A stretch of DNA of 64,000 nt from Eledone cirrhosa. Lineage: Eukaryota. This document shows, piece after piece, positions 12,423-24,346 of this stretch (position 1 is its first letter; each line of letters opens with the position of its first letter). Made by a program: the position numbers and the translations under genes. The stretch is from contig OZ024741.1 of assembly GCA_964016885.1 (NCBI GenBank), positions 279,310,001 through 279,374,000 on the forward strand, read 5' to 3'. The notes under the pieces were generated by a model. That model saw nothing but the letters and a program-made list of their open reading frames with translations, was not told where the DNA came from and ran no database searches.

Positions 12423-12587
12423 CATCTATATTAAAACTATATGTATATATACATATAGATATATGTTTATATGTGTGTGTATGTATATGTATGTATCTAT
12501 ATGTGTGTGTGTGTATGTATGTGCATATATGTATATATGTGTGTACGTATATGTATGTTTCTGTATGTGTATATGTATGTATGTAGA

Positions 12588-12618
<31 letters not shown>

Positions 12619-12740
12619 GTCTTTATGTGTTTGTGTGTACACGTGTGTGTATACGTGTGTGTGTGTGTGTGTATGTGTATATATGTATATTTAGTTATGT
12701 ATCTTTATGTGTGTATGTATATGTATGTATATATATATAT

Positions 12741-12927
12741 AATTGTTTCTACTTTAGGCACAAGGCCAGCAATTACCCAGTGTATTACTGGTACTTTATT
12801 TTATCGACCCTGTAAGGATGAAAGGCAAAGTCAACCTCGGCGGGATTTGAACTCAGATCGTAAAGGGACGTAACTATGCTGGAAAGCATGGCGTCCGACT
12901 CTCTACCGATACTGCCAATCCACCGCC
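12741..12927 (-). mobile_element. tRNA-derived SINE (family B)
   Basis: Reverse complement of the about 190-bp unit at 42627-42815; A box TGGCAGTATCGG, B box GAGTTCAAATCC. Confidence 0.88.
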
Positions 12928-12982
12928 CTTGTATGTATATATATATATAGTTAAAAGAATAGAGGTGTAACACACAAATTAT

Positions 12983-13400
12983 TATATATTGGTAAACGGA
13001 ATAGAAAATGCTGACAAATTGTTCACAGTTGAAAAATGGTTTAATTAGGAATAAAAGAGTATTAGTGATTGTATGGGTTAGTATTCAGTTGTGGTTTTAA
13101 GTTTTTAAGTTTTTACCGGTTGCGCATTTCTAAATGCTTTTCAAAAATAATTTTGAGATAGAGTGTCCGTGCTGTTTGCTCTGATCAGAGCAAACAGATC
13201 AGAGCAAACAGCACGGACACTCTATCTCAAAATTATTTTTGAAAAGCATTTAGAAATGCGCAACCGGTAAAAACTTAAAAACTTAAAACCACAACTGAAT
13301 ACTAACCCATACAATCACTAATACTCTTTTATTCCTAATTAAACCATTTTTCAACTGTGAACAATTTGTCAGCATTTTCTATTCCGTTTACCAATATATA
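12983..13400. repeat. Palindrome with 204-bp arms and a 14-bp duplication at the centre
   Basis: Arms 12983-13186 and 13197-13400; GATCAGAGCAAACA occurs twice (13183-13210); flanked by (TA)n. Confidence 0.95.
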
Positions 13401-13599
13401 TATATATACCCATGTGGAGGTATGAGTACATATTCGTGTGTGTACGTATGTGTATATGTGTTTTTATATGTCTTTACATGTTTTTATGTATGTGGATGTA
13501 TATGTACATGGGTGTGTGATTGATGGTGTGTGCCTATATATTCCTACATATGCCCGTGTGTGTATGTACGTATATACGCACATATGTGTGTGTTGAACA

Positions 13600-13785
13600 A
13601 AGGACTAATTTTGTGATGGACGTAGAAAAATTCTTCAGAAAAAAATAATTGTTTACAAGCTTGGCAGGTGCGATTTGCCTATGACCATTTTCGATACAAA
13701 GGAATACTAAAAGCTTTTTCCCCTGAATAAAGGAATTTTTCGAGAATGACCGGGGCAGGCCGCGCTTGCTACATTTCTCCCCACC
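13600..13785 (+). mobile_element. Highly decayed Naiad-type GIY-YIG C-terminal fragment
   Basis: KILQKK..YKLGRCDL and PLNK resemble the end of ORF 11167-12330. Confidence 0.35.
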
Positions 13786-14526
13786 CAACCCTACTCACTG
13801 TCTCAACTCATCACTGCTATTAACATTTTTTCAACACACCTACACCCCTACACTTATTAAAGGGGGAGAAAAAAACCCCACCACACCACAAACATGTTAA
13901 ATCCCTATATATAGAACAATACACCACATACACATCAGTTTGACAAGCGCACCTCAGCGTGAAAGGTCTTTCTAAAACGAAACAATACCTCCTACGTTAA
14001 CCAAGAACTCCTAAGACCTAACCAACAACCAACAACTTAATTTATAAAAATTTTTTTTTTTTTTTTTCTAATCCGGAAAAAAATTCTTTTTGGATTTTGT
14101 GAAAATAAATTTGTTGAAAGCACAAGTGAAGCCATTTTTTTCTTCCCCCCTGTCTTAATATACCTAACTGTACCAAGGATTACACACATTTTCCAATATA
14201 CATATATATATATACATATATATATACACATATCATCATCATTTTACGTCCGCTTTTCCCTGCTTGCAAGGGTGGGACAATATATGTATATATATATATA
14301 TATACATATATATACATATACTGCTCCAGTATACTCAGCTGAAAATGAGTACCAGCAATAGCTGGAGGTTTAACCCTGCGATGGACTTGCATCCTGTCCA
14401 GGAAGGAGTCTTGTACTCTCAGTCGCTTCACGCCATAAAACGCAGATAAGCACCGGCCAAATGGGCCTTCTGGCTTAAGACAGACTTTAGACTTTTATAT
14501 ACACATATAAATACATATATATACAC

Positions 14527-17080
14527 AGAGGCCAACCTGGAGAAGAAAGGTCTGGAAGCTGAAAGACCCCTCAGCCAGTAACAGATTTAAAGATATTTTA
14601 CTCAATGCCTACGACAGTAAAGAAGAACAGATAGAGACATTCAATGTAGAAGAGCACTGGGAGTTCCTAAAAAATAACTTACTAGAGGCGACGGATGAGG
14701 TCTGTGGCTGGAGTAAGACCACAAGCAGGAGGAGAGTGACTTGGTGGTGGAACAATAAGGTAGATGAGGCAGTTAAGGCCAAGAGACAGGCATGGAAAGA
14801 ATGGAAGAATGGGGGGAGCAGGGTACATTACATAGAGACCAAGAGGGAAGCTAAGCGACTTAGCTAGGTGGGAAGCAGAGGATAGAAAATTCAAGCATGT
14901 TTTGCAACGTGAGGACCAGAAACAGGAGGTGTTCAAGATTGCGAGGCAGTGTGTCAGAGAGAATTGTGATGGCATTGGAGAGAAGTGTATCCGGAATGAT
15001 AAAGGTGAGCTTGCCCTCACAAGTGCTGAGAAGAAAGATGCATGGAAGAGCCATTATGATAGATTACTAAATGAGGAGAATGCATGGGAAGAAGAGACCC
15101 TACCCCAAGTAGACCCTATAGAGGAGTCAGCAGTACAATTCAGCAGCAGCATAGTAAGTAAGGCAATCAAAGATATGAAGATGGGGAAGGCAACCGGTCG
15201 ATCGGGTATAGCTGCCGAGATGCTGAAGACATCTGGGTCTGTAGGTCACACTATAACCACATGTATTGTTAACCAGGTAATACTAGAAGGTGTCATACCA
15301 AAAGATTGGTACAGTAGCATCATTGTCAACTGCTACAAAGGTAAAGGTGATGCACTAGATAGAGGAAACTATAGAGGTATAAAGCTGATGGACCAGGTCA
15401 TGAAATAACGGAAAGAGTTATAGCACAGTTGATTAGGGACCGGGTGAAACTAGATGAGATGCAATTTGGGTTTGTACTAGGAAGAGGCACCACTGATGCC
15501 CTCTTCCTTGTGAGGCAGTTACAGGAAAAGTACCTAGCTAAATGTAAGCCACTCTACCTGGCATTCGTTGATCTCGAGAAAGCCTTTGACAGAGTTCCAC
15601 GTGCTGTAATCTGGTGGGCTCTTAGAAAACTAGGAGTAGATGAATGGCTTGTGAAAGCGGTACAAGCCATGTATAGGGGAGCAGTCAGCAAAGTTAGGAT
15701 TAACAATGAGTATAGCGAGGAATTTAGCGTACAGGTTGGTGTCCACCAGGGCTCTGTTCTTAGCCCTCTCCTGTTCATCATAGTCCTGCAGGCAATAACG
15801 GAGGAGTTTAAGACCGGATGCCCATGGGAACTCCTGTATGCTGATGACCTCGCACTCATAGCTGAATCTATGGTAGAACTAGAGAATAAATTCCAAACCT
15901 GGAAGCAGGGACTAGAAAGAAAGGGTCTCAAAGTCAACATGACAAAGACTAAGGTCCTTGTAAGTAGATGAGAAAACAGAACCCAGATCCCTTCAGGGAA
16001 ATGGCCTTGCTCAGTATGTAGGAAAGATGTAGGTAGGAACTCCATTCTCTGCCCCAAATGCAAACAATGGGTACACAAGAGATGTAGCGGGATCTCAGGA
16101 AGCTTAATTAAGAATGTAGGCTTCACATGCAGCAGCTGTGCTGGGACAGCAAGCAGCAAACAGCCACAGGAAACAAGTACCACCAATCTCTGGGAGGGCT
16201 CTGTAGAAACAGTAGACAGCTTCTGCTACCTAGGTGACCGAATTAGCAGCAGAGGTGGGTGTTCAGAAAGTACAATAACTAGGGTAAGAACGGGATGAAA
16301 GAAGTTCAGGGAACTACTGCCACTGCTAGGTGCAAAAGGCTTCTCCCTCAAAATGAAAGGCAGACTGTATGATGCGTGTATCCGAACAGCAATGTTACAT
16401 GGTAGTGAGACCTGGGCGCTGAAGGTGGAAAACTTACGTAGATTAGAAAGAACCGAAGCCTGCATGCTCCGATGGATGTGTAATAGTAATATACGCGAAC
16501 GACAAAGCATAAATGAATTGAGAGAGAGACTGAGCATAAGAGGAATCAAATGCTGTGTGCAGGAGAGGCGGTTGCGTTGGTATGGACATGTGATGTGTAT
16601 GAAGGATGACAGCTGCATAAAAAGGTGCAGAGCACTAGAAGTCAATGGAAACCGCGGAGTGGGGAGACCCAAGAAGACCTGGGATGAGGTGATAAAAGCC
16701 GACCTTACCCAATTATACCTCTCAAAGGCGATGACACACGACCGTGACCTCTGGCGTCACGCAGTAATACAGAGTACCCGAGCTCCCATGGGTACAAGCT
16801 GAAGCATATAGACAATATGCCCCCACATCCTCCCACTGCAAAAAAGCACCCAGCCCACACTGTAAAGTGGACGTGTAGGCGCCACGGAACAAGCACCCAG
16901 CACTCACTGTAAATGAGGTTGGTGTTAGGAAGGGCATCCAGCTGTAGAAATCAAGCCAAAATCAGTTCCTGTATGAGCAAGGCATAGTCAGCCGGCCAGA
17001 CACTGCCCACAACAGGACAACCCGTCTAACCCATGCTAGCATGGAAGAACAGACGTAAAACGGTGATGATGATGATGATG

Positions 17081-17081
<1 letters not shown>
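14527..17081 (+). mobile_element. RTE-clade LINE, 5'-truncated ORF2 (RT + PHD finger), 3' UTR and (GAT)n tail
   Basis: KGKGDALDRGNYRGI, QFGF, FVDLEKAFDRVP, GVHQGSVLSPLLF, LLYADDL, C4HC3 finger, HGSETW, RLRWYGHV, GRPKKTW; a few stops and frameshifts. Confidence 0.95.
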
Positions 17082-17113
<32 letters not shown>

Positions 17114-17458
17114 TAAAGCCAAAATCTTCAAATATGGTGGTAAAATCTGGTGTGAAAGCTTTTTGATCTCATTGACGTCATATGGAGATGAGTGTTTGGT
17201 ATGTATGTGCGCATGTGGTTTGCATATATGACTAAGCTTTTTTTTAGTACTAATGATGATGATAATCTTATGAGTTTACATAAACACAAAGATATTTGTG
17301 TTTGCGTATGTCCACATATACACACTCACATTGGTCCACACACGCACACACACACACACAGGTATTTCTGAAGATAAATAACTAAAGATGGTAGTTGAAA
17401 ATATAAATAGCCATCTCAAAATCTGTAAAATTGGTTTAGTTCTGTTGCGTTCACCTGA

Positions 17459-18000
17459 TCAGGAGATGTAAATTTTCTTGGTGCGAGGAGGCTTTTCTAC
17501 AGCACTAACAGTTAATGGCCACATTCCACCAATTATACCTGCCTGGATAGAAACACCAATAGCCACAGCTAGTTCTGGTTCAACCGATGTATTTGGGTCT
17601 TTCTTGAAATACTCTTTGATCAGTTGTCGAACCCTCGGTATTCGAGTTGATCCACCAACCAAAACAATATCATGTACTTCACTGCAGTCCATCTCTACCA
17701 CATCTAATACAGAATCAATAGGTTCAAGTACTTTTTCAAACAAGTCAGTATTGAGTTCTTCAAAAACTTTTCTAGTGAGAGTAGTGTGGAATGTCGGTGT
17801 TCCTTGAAAAGAAGTGATTTTCATGCTGATATCTGTAGACAACTTATCAGTCAGAATCAATTTAGCCTCCTCCACTTGAAAGCGCAGTGTCTGTCTGTCT
17901 GTCTTGTCAACTAATTGTTTATTGAACTGTTTACTGATCAGAGTTAATAGATGGTCAGTAAGACGTTGATTAAAGTCTTGTCCACCTAAACGGTTATTAC
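17459..18000 (-). CDS. HSPA13: HSPA13 (STCH, atypical ER Hsp70) coding exon 7 (last)
   Basis: ttcctttcag|GT AAT AAC CGT; GNNRLGGQDFNQR...IVLVGGSTRIP...GGMWPLTVSAVE..., TGA at 17459-17461; 542 nt. Confidence 0.95.
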
Positions 18001-18119
18001 CTGAAAGGAAAAGAAAATAAAGAAAACATTGTTTTAATTAAATATTTGGCTTTGTTTTAAAAAAATGTAATCTCCTAAATGAGAAGTTACCCCCAAAATA
18101 TATAATTCTCCTACACCAA

Positions 18120-18490
18120 CAATATGAATGGATATTGAATGCTGTTCGCCACAAGAGAATCGATGGTACATACACCATAATGCAACACTCGGCATACAGC
18201 ATCCTGGAGACATTATCCAATAAACAAGTCTCTGTATGCCTCATCTCTGATGTTGTGAGGCATCGTTGTCTAGCCATTGCCGGCCATATCACTCGCCATG
18301 ATGAAGCCGCTGGGAGATTGCTCCTCTGGACTTTGGATGCAAAGAGATGAGTTGGCCAGCCATATATCCCCTTAAAATCAATCATTGAGATGGACACAGG
18401 CTTCAAAGGAATGGATCTGTGTGCTGCAATGGTCGACTGAGAACTCTAGAGCTCAAACTTTGTCAATGTCTCATTACTGCCTCAAGAAAA
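18120..18490 (+). mobile_element. Decayed RTE-like LINE 3' fragment
   Basis: ISDVVRHRCLAIAGHITRHDEAAGRLLLW resembles the RTE C-terminal R.R..GH..R motif. Confidence 0.5.
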
Positions 18491-18494
18491 AAAG

Positions 18495-18990
18495 ATACCA
18501 CCAGTTATCCCCCAAAATATATAGTCTTCTTGTACCAGCAGTTCCCCAAAAATATATAGTTCCCCTATACAAGCAGTTGTCCACAAAAATATATAGTGTC
18601 CTATACCAGTAGTAATCCCTAAACATATATAGTCCCCATATACCAGCAGTTACCTCCAAATATATATAGTTCCCTTATGCCAACAGTTACCCCCAAATAT
18701 ATATAGTCCCCTTTTGCCAGCAGTATAAGAAGCCAGAGACCTGGTCTCATTGCTAACAGAGTGAATGTGACTAAAGACACTTCAGGGCCAGTGGTGGGGA
18801 TGTTAAACTGACCAACAGATAGTGGTGGAGTTAAACTGACCAAGACATTAGTGGTGGAGTTAAACTAACCAATTGATTACTGGGTGAGGACAGGGCCAGT
18901 GGTGGTGGTGGTGTTAAACTGACCAATGGATTAGTGGGTGAGGCAGGGCCAGTGGTGGGGATGTTAAACTGACAAACAGATTAGTGGGTG
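18495..18990. repeat. Two adjacent degenerate minisatellites
   Basis: About 37-bp CAGTTACCCCCAAAATATATAGT units (18495-18725), then AGTGGTGGAGTTAAACTGACCAA units (18785-18990). Confidence 0.85.
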
Positions 18991-19204
18991 AGACCTGAGA
19001 ACATATACAATCTATCCAACAAACTTTCTCACAGTTTACTTCTGACCATTTTCACAGAAGACATGAATCAACTCAATGATACAGTAGGGAAAAAAGCACG
19101 TGCTCAAGGTGCTGTACAGTGGGATGAAGACCAGAACTACAGGATTGTAAAGCACCACATGGCCATGCCTGCTTGTGACCATGTATTGGAAGTTGAAATT
19201 AAGT

Positions 19205-19460
19205 AATGACACCTACCAATACTACAGACATGTGGTTAGAAAGTCGCAGGAAAGAATTGCTGAACATATTTTTATGGGCAAAACCAACTAGCAGGAGACC
19301 CAAGCAAGATGGATAACATCTATGAGCTCAGTTGGTCTCGCTTGGTGATCCAGTCGGATCAATTGGAGACAGTTATCTCTGACAGGACCTGCTGGAAGGA
19401 GTGTTTTTAAGGACTCTGCCCCACCCTAACCCTCCCAGAAATAAGTAGGCAAAGAAGATG
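19205..19460 (+). mobile_element. RTE-like LINE 3' end; second copy at 20565-20726
   Basis: GGAGACCCAAGCAAGATGG (GRP..RW-like) and CCCAG(A/G)AATAAGT(A/G)GGCAAAGAAG end shared by both copies. Confidence 0.6.
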
Positions 19461-19468
19461 ACACTTAC

Positions 19469-19639
19469 CAGCCATTGCAAGGGTCAGAAACATTCCACCT
19501 TGAACATTGAGCAATGAAACATCTAGTGTTCCACCACCTAAGTCCACCACAATTATATAACAAAGACTTGGTGCACTATGAAAGCCATAAGCCATAGCAG
19601 CAGCTGTAGGTTCATTAATTATTCTCATCACTTCAAGAC
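19469..19639 (-). CDS. HSPA13: HSPA13 coding exon 6
   Basis: ag|GT CTT GAA; [18 protein letters not shown]...[14 protein letters not shown]...AMAG|gtaagt; 171 nt, phase 1/1. Confidence 0.96.
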
Positions 19640-20830
19640 CTGAAAATACAATGGAATTTACTATGAAAAAGTTATATCAATAGAGAAGAAAATAGAACAA
19701 TAGCATTCTACCTGGTATATAAAACATATTTGAAAATAAGTCATTAAAATAACAAACCATAAATGTTAATTAAGATATAAAAATATTTTTTTAACCAAGA
19801 ACAAATTGGTAGAGTCGTTAGAACATAGGATAGAATGATTTGCAGTATTCGTTTTGGCTCTCTACTCTCTAAGTTCAAACCCTGCTGAGGTCAACTTTGC
19901 CATTCATCCATTCAAGGTCGATAAAAAAGTACCAGTCTAGTACTGTAGTCGAATGCCCTAGAAACACTATATGAATATGGCACCCCTTCAACTTCCTCAG
20001 AAGTTACGGGACAATGCATGCATACACAATATTTTAATTGAATTTCTGATCTACTTCCTTGTCTTATTTTAAAATTAAAATTTTTTAAAACTAATTTCAA
20101 GTACATATCTAAGGCATAATTAAGGTGGTGAAGTCAGAGTTGTTAGGACATTAGATTAAAAATGTCTCAGTATTTCAAATCCCAACAAGGTTAACTTTGA
20201 CTTTTATCCTTTTGGGGTTGATAAATAAAGTACCAGTCATGTACTGAGGTCGATTCTTTCTCTATATCTCTCTCTCTCACTCTCTATCCTTCTCTGGAAG
20301 AAATCGTCTGTGTTTAGACCTGGAGAGGAATGGGCTCCGCCAGATTTAAAATGCCAAAGGAACACCATGTGTCAAAACAGCATCCCTACAATTCCAAGGG
20401 GTGGTTATAAAAGCTCTTTACCTATTTAAAGAATAAACATATGAATTAAAATACCCAAGATTCTTCAGTAATACAACAATTGGAATGAAGGAATCCTATA
20501 CAGATATATCAGTATCAGACTCAGAAAAATAAGAAACAAAGGGACTATATAAAAAGACTAAATAAATAGCAAGATGGCTAGATAACATCCATAAACTCAG
20601 CTGGTCTCACTTAGGGATCCAGCTGGATCAACTGGAGACGTTGCTTCTGAGAAGACCCACTGGAAGGAGTGTTTGAGGACTCTCTGCCTCCACAACCCTC
20701 CCAGGAATAAGTGGGCAAAGAAGCAGAAAAATTTAATAATTCAACCCACCTCAAATTTCAAAGTAGTATGAAATAAGGATACATATTGTATGATACAGAT
20801 AGATTTTAAATGTTAAAAATTTCATTTAAA

Positions 20831-21046
20831 ATAATAATAATAACAATGAAATTATTGTGTAGTGCTCAGGTGCACTACAACTCGTCAAAGGTGCATGTAT
20901 AATACATAGAATAATGTACAAATGTCAGGAAATTGAACAGTGTATGAGTCATGATATACATGTGTGCGTGTGTATGGAGAGGGGATATCAGGTGTAGTGT
21001 TGGCAAATTTCAGGAAGCATGGAGGTTTTAAAGAATGCAGTGTCTT
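20831..21046 (-). mobile_element. CR1-type LINE 3' end fragment
   Basis: Matches 55845-56060 including the (ATT)n tail; shorter copy at 51674-51724. Confidence 0.85.
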
Positions 21047-21374
21047 GGTAAAGAAAAGACGGTCTTTTTACTACTACTACATCATCATCACCTATCTGTG
21101 TGTCTTCTCTGCCAGCAAGTCAGTACTTAAACGAAGCTACTGACCTTTCAGATGGGCTGGGAACCTACATTTCGCTTACATATGTTCCCATGCTCAACTC
21201 ATTGCATTTTATCATGATGCCAACACTAGGGAGGTTGTCATATCTTTGACACAGCTGAAAAGTCCTCCCATCCCTTTGTTTAATAGGTTTTCTATGACTG
21301 GATGCCTTTCCTATTACCAACCACTTACAGAGTGTACTGAGTGCATTTATCATGTAGATCACCAACATCAACAA

Positions 21375-22255
21375 TCTATATATATAAAACAGAAGATGTC
21401 TGTCTGTGTGTCTGTTTCCCTAAAACTCAAGAAGTACCCAACCGTTTTTTTTTCAAACTTTACACATGTAACCCGTATGACCCTGGAAGTGTTTGGAGCA
21501 AAAAAATTTCAAATTTCCAATGCCCTAGGGACTGCATTAGGCGATTTAGCGATCTCTTTCTCTTAGTCTTTCTCTTTTTAGATAGATGCATAGATATGAC
21601 GTCGCGCCTTCATAATATCTGTCTGTATGCCTGACTGTCTGCATTACGTCATTATGACGCGATCAGTGCATGTGTGTATATATATTCTTATGCCAGGGAA
21701 CGTCTTCACGAACCAAAGTATCGTCTTCCTGTTTTCCAGATTGATTTTTTTTAGTTTAAGAAGATCCCGTTAAGGTTGAAAGCAGCGATTCTTTGCTTAA
21801 ACATTAATATGATATTTTAATATAGATATTCGTGTACAGATATTTTTGCATACACAAAAACAAAATATAAACAAACAAGGCCAAAGATTACATCAGTTAG
21901 TCTTAGTGTGCTTCATACTGCTTTTAGGTAGAATATCCCGTTAAGGGTGAAAGCAGCAATTCATTTTCTGCGTTCACAGATTGATTTTTTTAGTTTCAGA
22001 AGATCCCGTTAAGTGTGAAAGAAGTGATTCTTTGCTTAAACTTTAATCTGTTATTTTAATATATATATATATATATATTTATATATTCATGTACAGATAT
22101 TCATGTACAGATATTTATATATTCATGTACAGATATACACAATAACAAAATATAAACAAACGTATTTATTTCACGAGGCTCGATAAGGATAAATATATAT
22201 CAAATATATAAGAACCCTAGAACAAATCCCGAGCAACGCCGGGCCATTCTGCTAG
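21375..22255 (+). mobile_element. Non-autonomous Helitron
   Basis: A|TCTATATATATAAAA 5' end, subterminal hairpin CCCGaGC-aac-GC-CGGG, CTAG|T 3' end, no TSD, internal about 240-bp repeats. Confidence 0.85.
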
Positions 22256-22459
22256 TACTTAATAAAATAAAATCATTGCTAAGCTCTGACCATTGTTAAA
22301 CCATGCTTTGAAGATATATTTCTATTAGTGTTTAGTTTGTATCTATTACATACTATTTCCTAAGTTTGAGTTTTAATTGACAGGATGTCAATATACCTAG
22401 AGAGTAGGAAAGATGGTGGATCGTCAAATTTATTAGAGAGTAGGACAAATTTAACAGTA

Positions 22460-22782
22460 CAGTGGAACCTTGGTTCACAAATGCCTCACATAATGAAGAA
22501 TTTTTCCAAACATAAAACATCTCAGATACAAACTGTGTCTTGAGGAATGAACTTACAAGCCGGCAACAACAGTTAATAACAAGCTTGGAGTATCAGCTGG
22601 AAAGTGTCACTTGCTGTGTAGTTAGTTACTATGGTGATATTTATTTGTTTTTAAAACACAGTCTCTCTCTCACTGTATTTCTCTCTTGACATTTTGTATG
22701 GGAAAAATAGTTTCAGTTTACAAACATTTCGAATGACAAAGCCTTCAGGAATAAATTAAGTTTGTGAACCGAAGTTCTACTG
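22460..22782. mobile_element. Tc1/pogo (Tigger-like) MITE
   Basis: TA|CAGTGGAACCTTGGTTCACAAA ... TTTGTGAACCGAAGTTCTACTG imperfect TIRs. Confidence 0.7.
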
Positions 22783-24070
22783 CATTTGTTATGGCTCTAA
22801 TCTCATCAAGGACAACTTTGCCTTTCATCATTCTGAGGTGAATAAAATAAAGCACCACTCATGTACTGAAGGGAAGGGAGGGGGGGGTAATATAATTGCT
22901 GGCCTTGTGCCTAAATTAAAACTCATCACTACATGAGTCTCAGCCATCCTGATTTTTTTGAGGAAGGGAAAACTGATTATATTTACTCTAGTACTTGACT
23001 GAGGTAAGTATAATCCCGTCAAGGTCAACTTAGCCTTTCATCATTCTGGGGTCAATAAAATAAAGTACCAGTCATGTACTGGGGATGGATTTAATCGACT
23101 TCCACTTTGCCCTTCCTCCAAATTGCTCGAAAGAATTATATCTTAGAAAATATAGCAACAGTCTGTCACCTGTTTAATTCTCATGGACAAATGATGATGA
23201 TGATAATGATGATGATGACAGCTATAAGATTGATTTTTATGAATAATTCTGACTCATAAAACCAAATACAGATATGTGTGTGTGTGTGTGTGTGTATGTA
23301 GTAAAGAGGTTTGCATAGCAACCGTGTGTTTCCATGTTTTATTCCACACCATAACACTAACACCATGGAGGCAACATGTTAGCAGTGATGTTAGAATGTC
23401 AGATAGAATGCCTTACAGTATTTCTTCCATCTCTCTGTTCTCTGAGTTCAAATCCCACCAAGGTCAACTTTGTCTTTCAACCTTTGGAGGTTGAGAAAAA
23501 AATTATCATTCTAGTACTGGGATTAATTCTTCCTCTATATCTCTTCCTCATTCCTTCTATGAAAGAAATTAACTGTGTTCAGATTTGGAGAACATCCCTA
23601 CAACTCCATTAAGAGTTATGTACCCTTACATACATAACACTTTGGGCAAATGTCTTCTATTATTGCCTCAGGCTTAGCAATGCCTTATGAAAGGAATTCA
23701 TTAACAGAAGTTGTGCAAAAGCCTATCACACACATATGCATAGCATATGTATATGTATATATGTGTGTGTGTGTGTATACCACTGTAAAAACTGCATTCC
23801 ACATTGTAAAGTGGTCGTGTTGGTGTCACAACAAAAAGCACATGGTCCACACTATCAGTTGGTTGTTTTGGTGCCATGATAGAAAGCACCCAGCACACAC
23901 TGTAAATGAAGTTGGCATTAGGAAGGGCATCCAGTCATAGAAACCAAACCAGAAACAGTTCTGTATGAGTAAGACACAGTCATCTGATCTGACTTGTCTC
24001 ACACCAGGACAACTCATCTAACCCATGCTAGTGTGGAAAAATGGATGTTAAATGGTGATAATGATGATGA

Positions 24071-24111
<41 letters not shown>

Positions 24112-24126
24112 AACAATAAAACATAC

Positions 24127-24346
24127 CAATGAGATTTGCAGTTTTTCTGGTGTAATTACGCTGTATTTCATCAAATTCAGCTGGCACCGAGATAACAACT
24201 TTTTTAACAGAAACTGATAAATTCCGATCTGCAGCTCCAACTAAAGTCCGAATGAGAATGCTGCCAATTTCTTCAGGTGTCATGTATGTAATATTATTAT
24301 TAACATTGATGTGGAACATAGGATATCCACTATTCTTTAAAGACAT
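24127..24346 (-). CDS. HSPA13: HSPA13 coding exon 5
   Basis: ttttacag|ATG TCT; TPEEIGS...VVISVPAEFDEIQRNYTRKTANLIG|gtatgt; 220 nt. Confidence 0.95.

Larger units (their letters stand above)
8251..12438 (-). mobile_element. 5'-truncated Naiad-type Penelope-like element with inverted pLTR segments
   Basis: ORF 11167-12309: GLYRDDG, NFLDVTLDL, SNHP, WYNPPF, CNC-x5-CP-x4-C, IVY...YIG, CDLC, CMH. A 129-bp inverted repeat (8251-8379 vs 12310-12438, one mismatch) carries a hammerhead. Confidence 0.85.
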
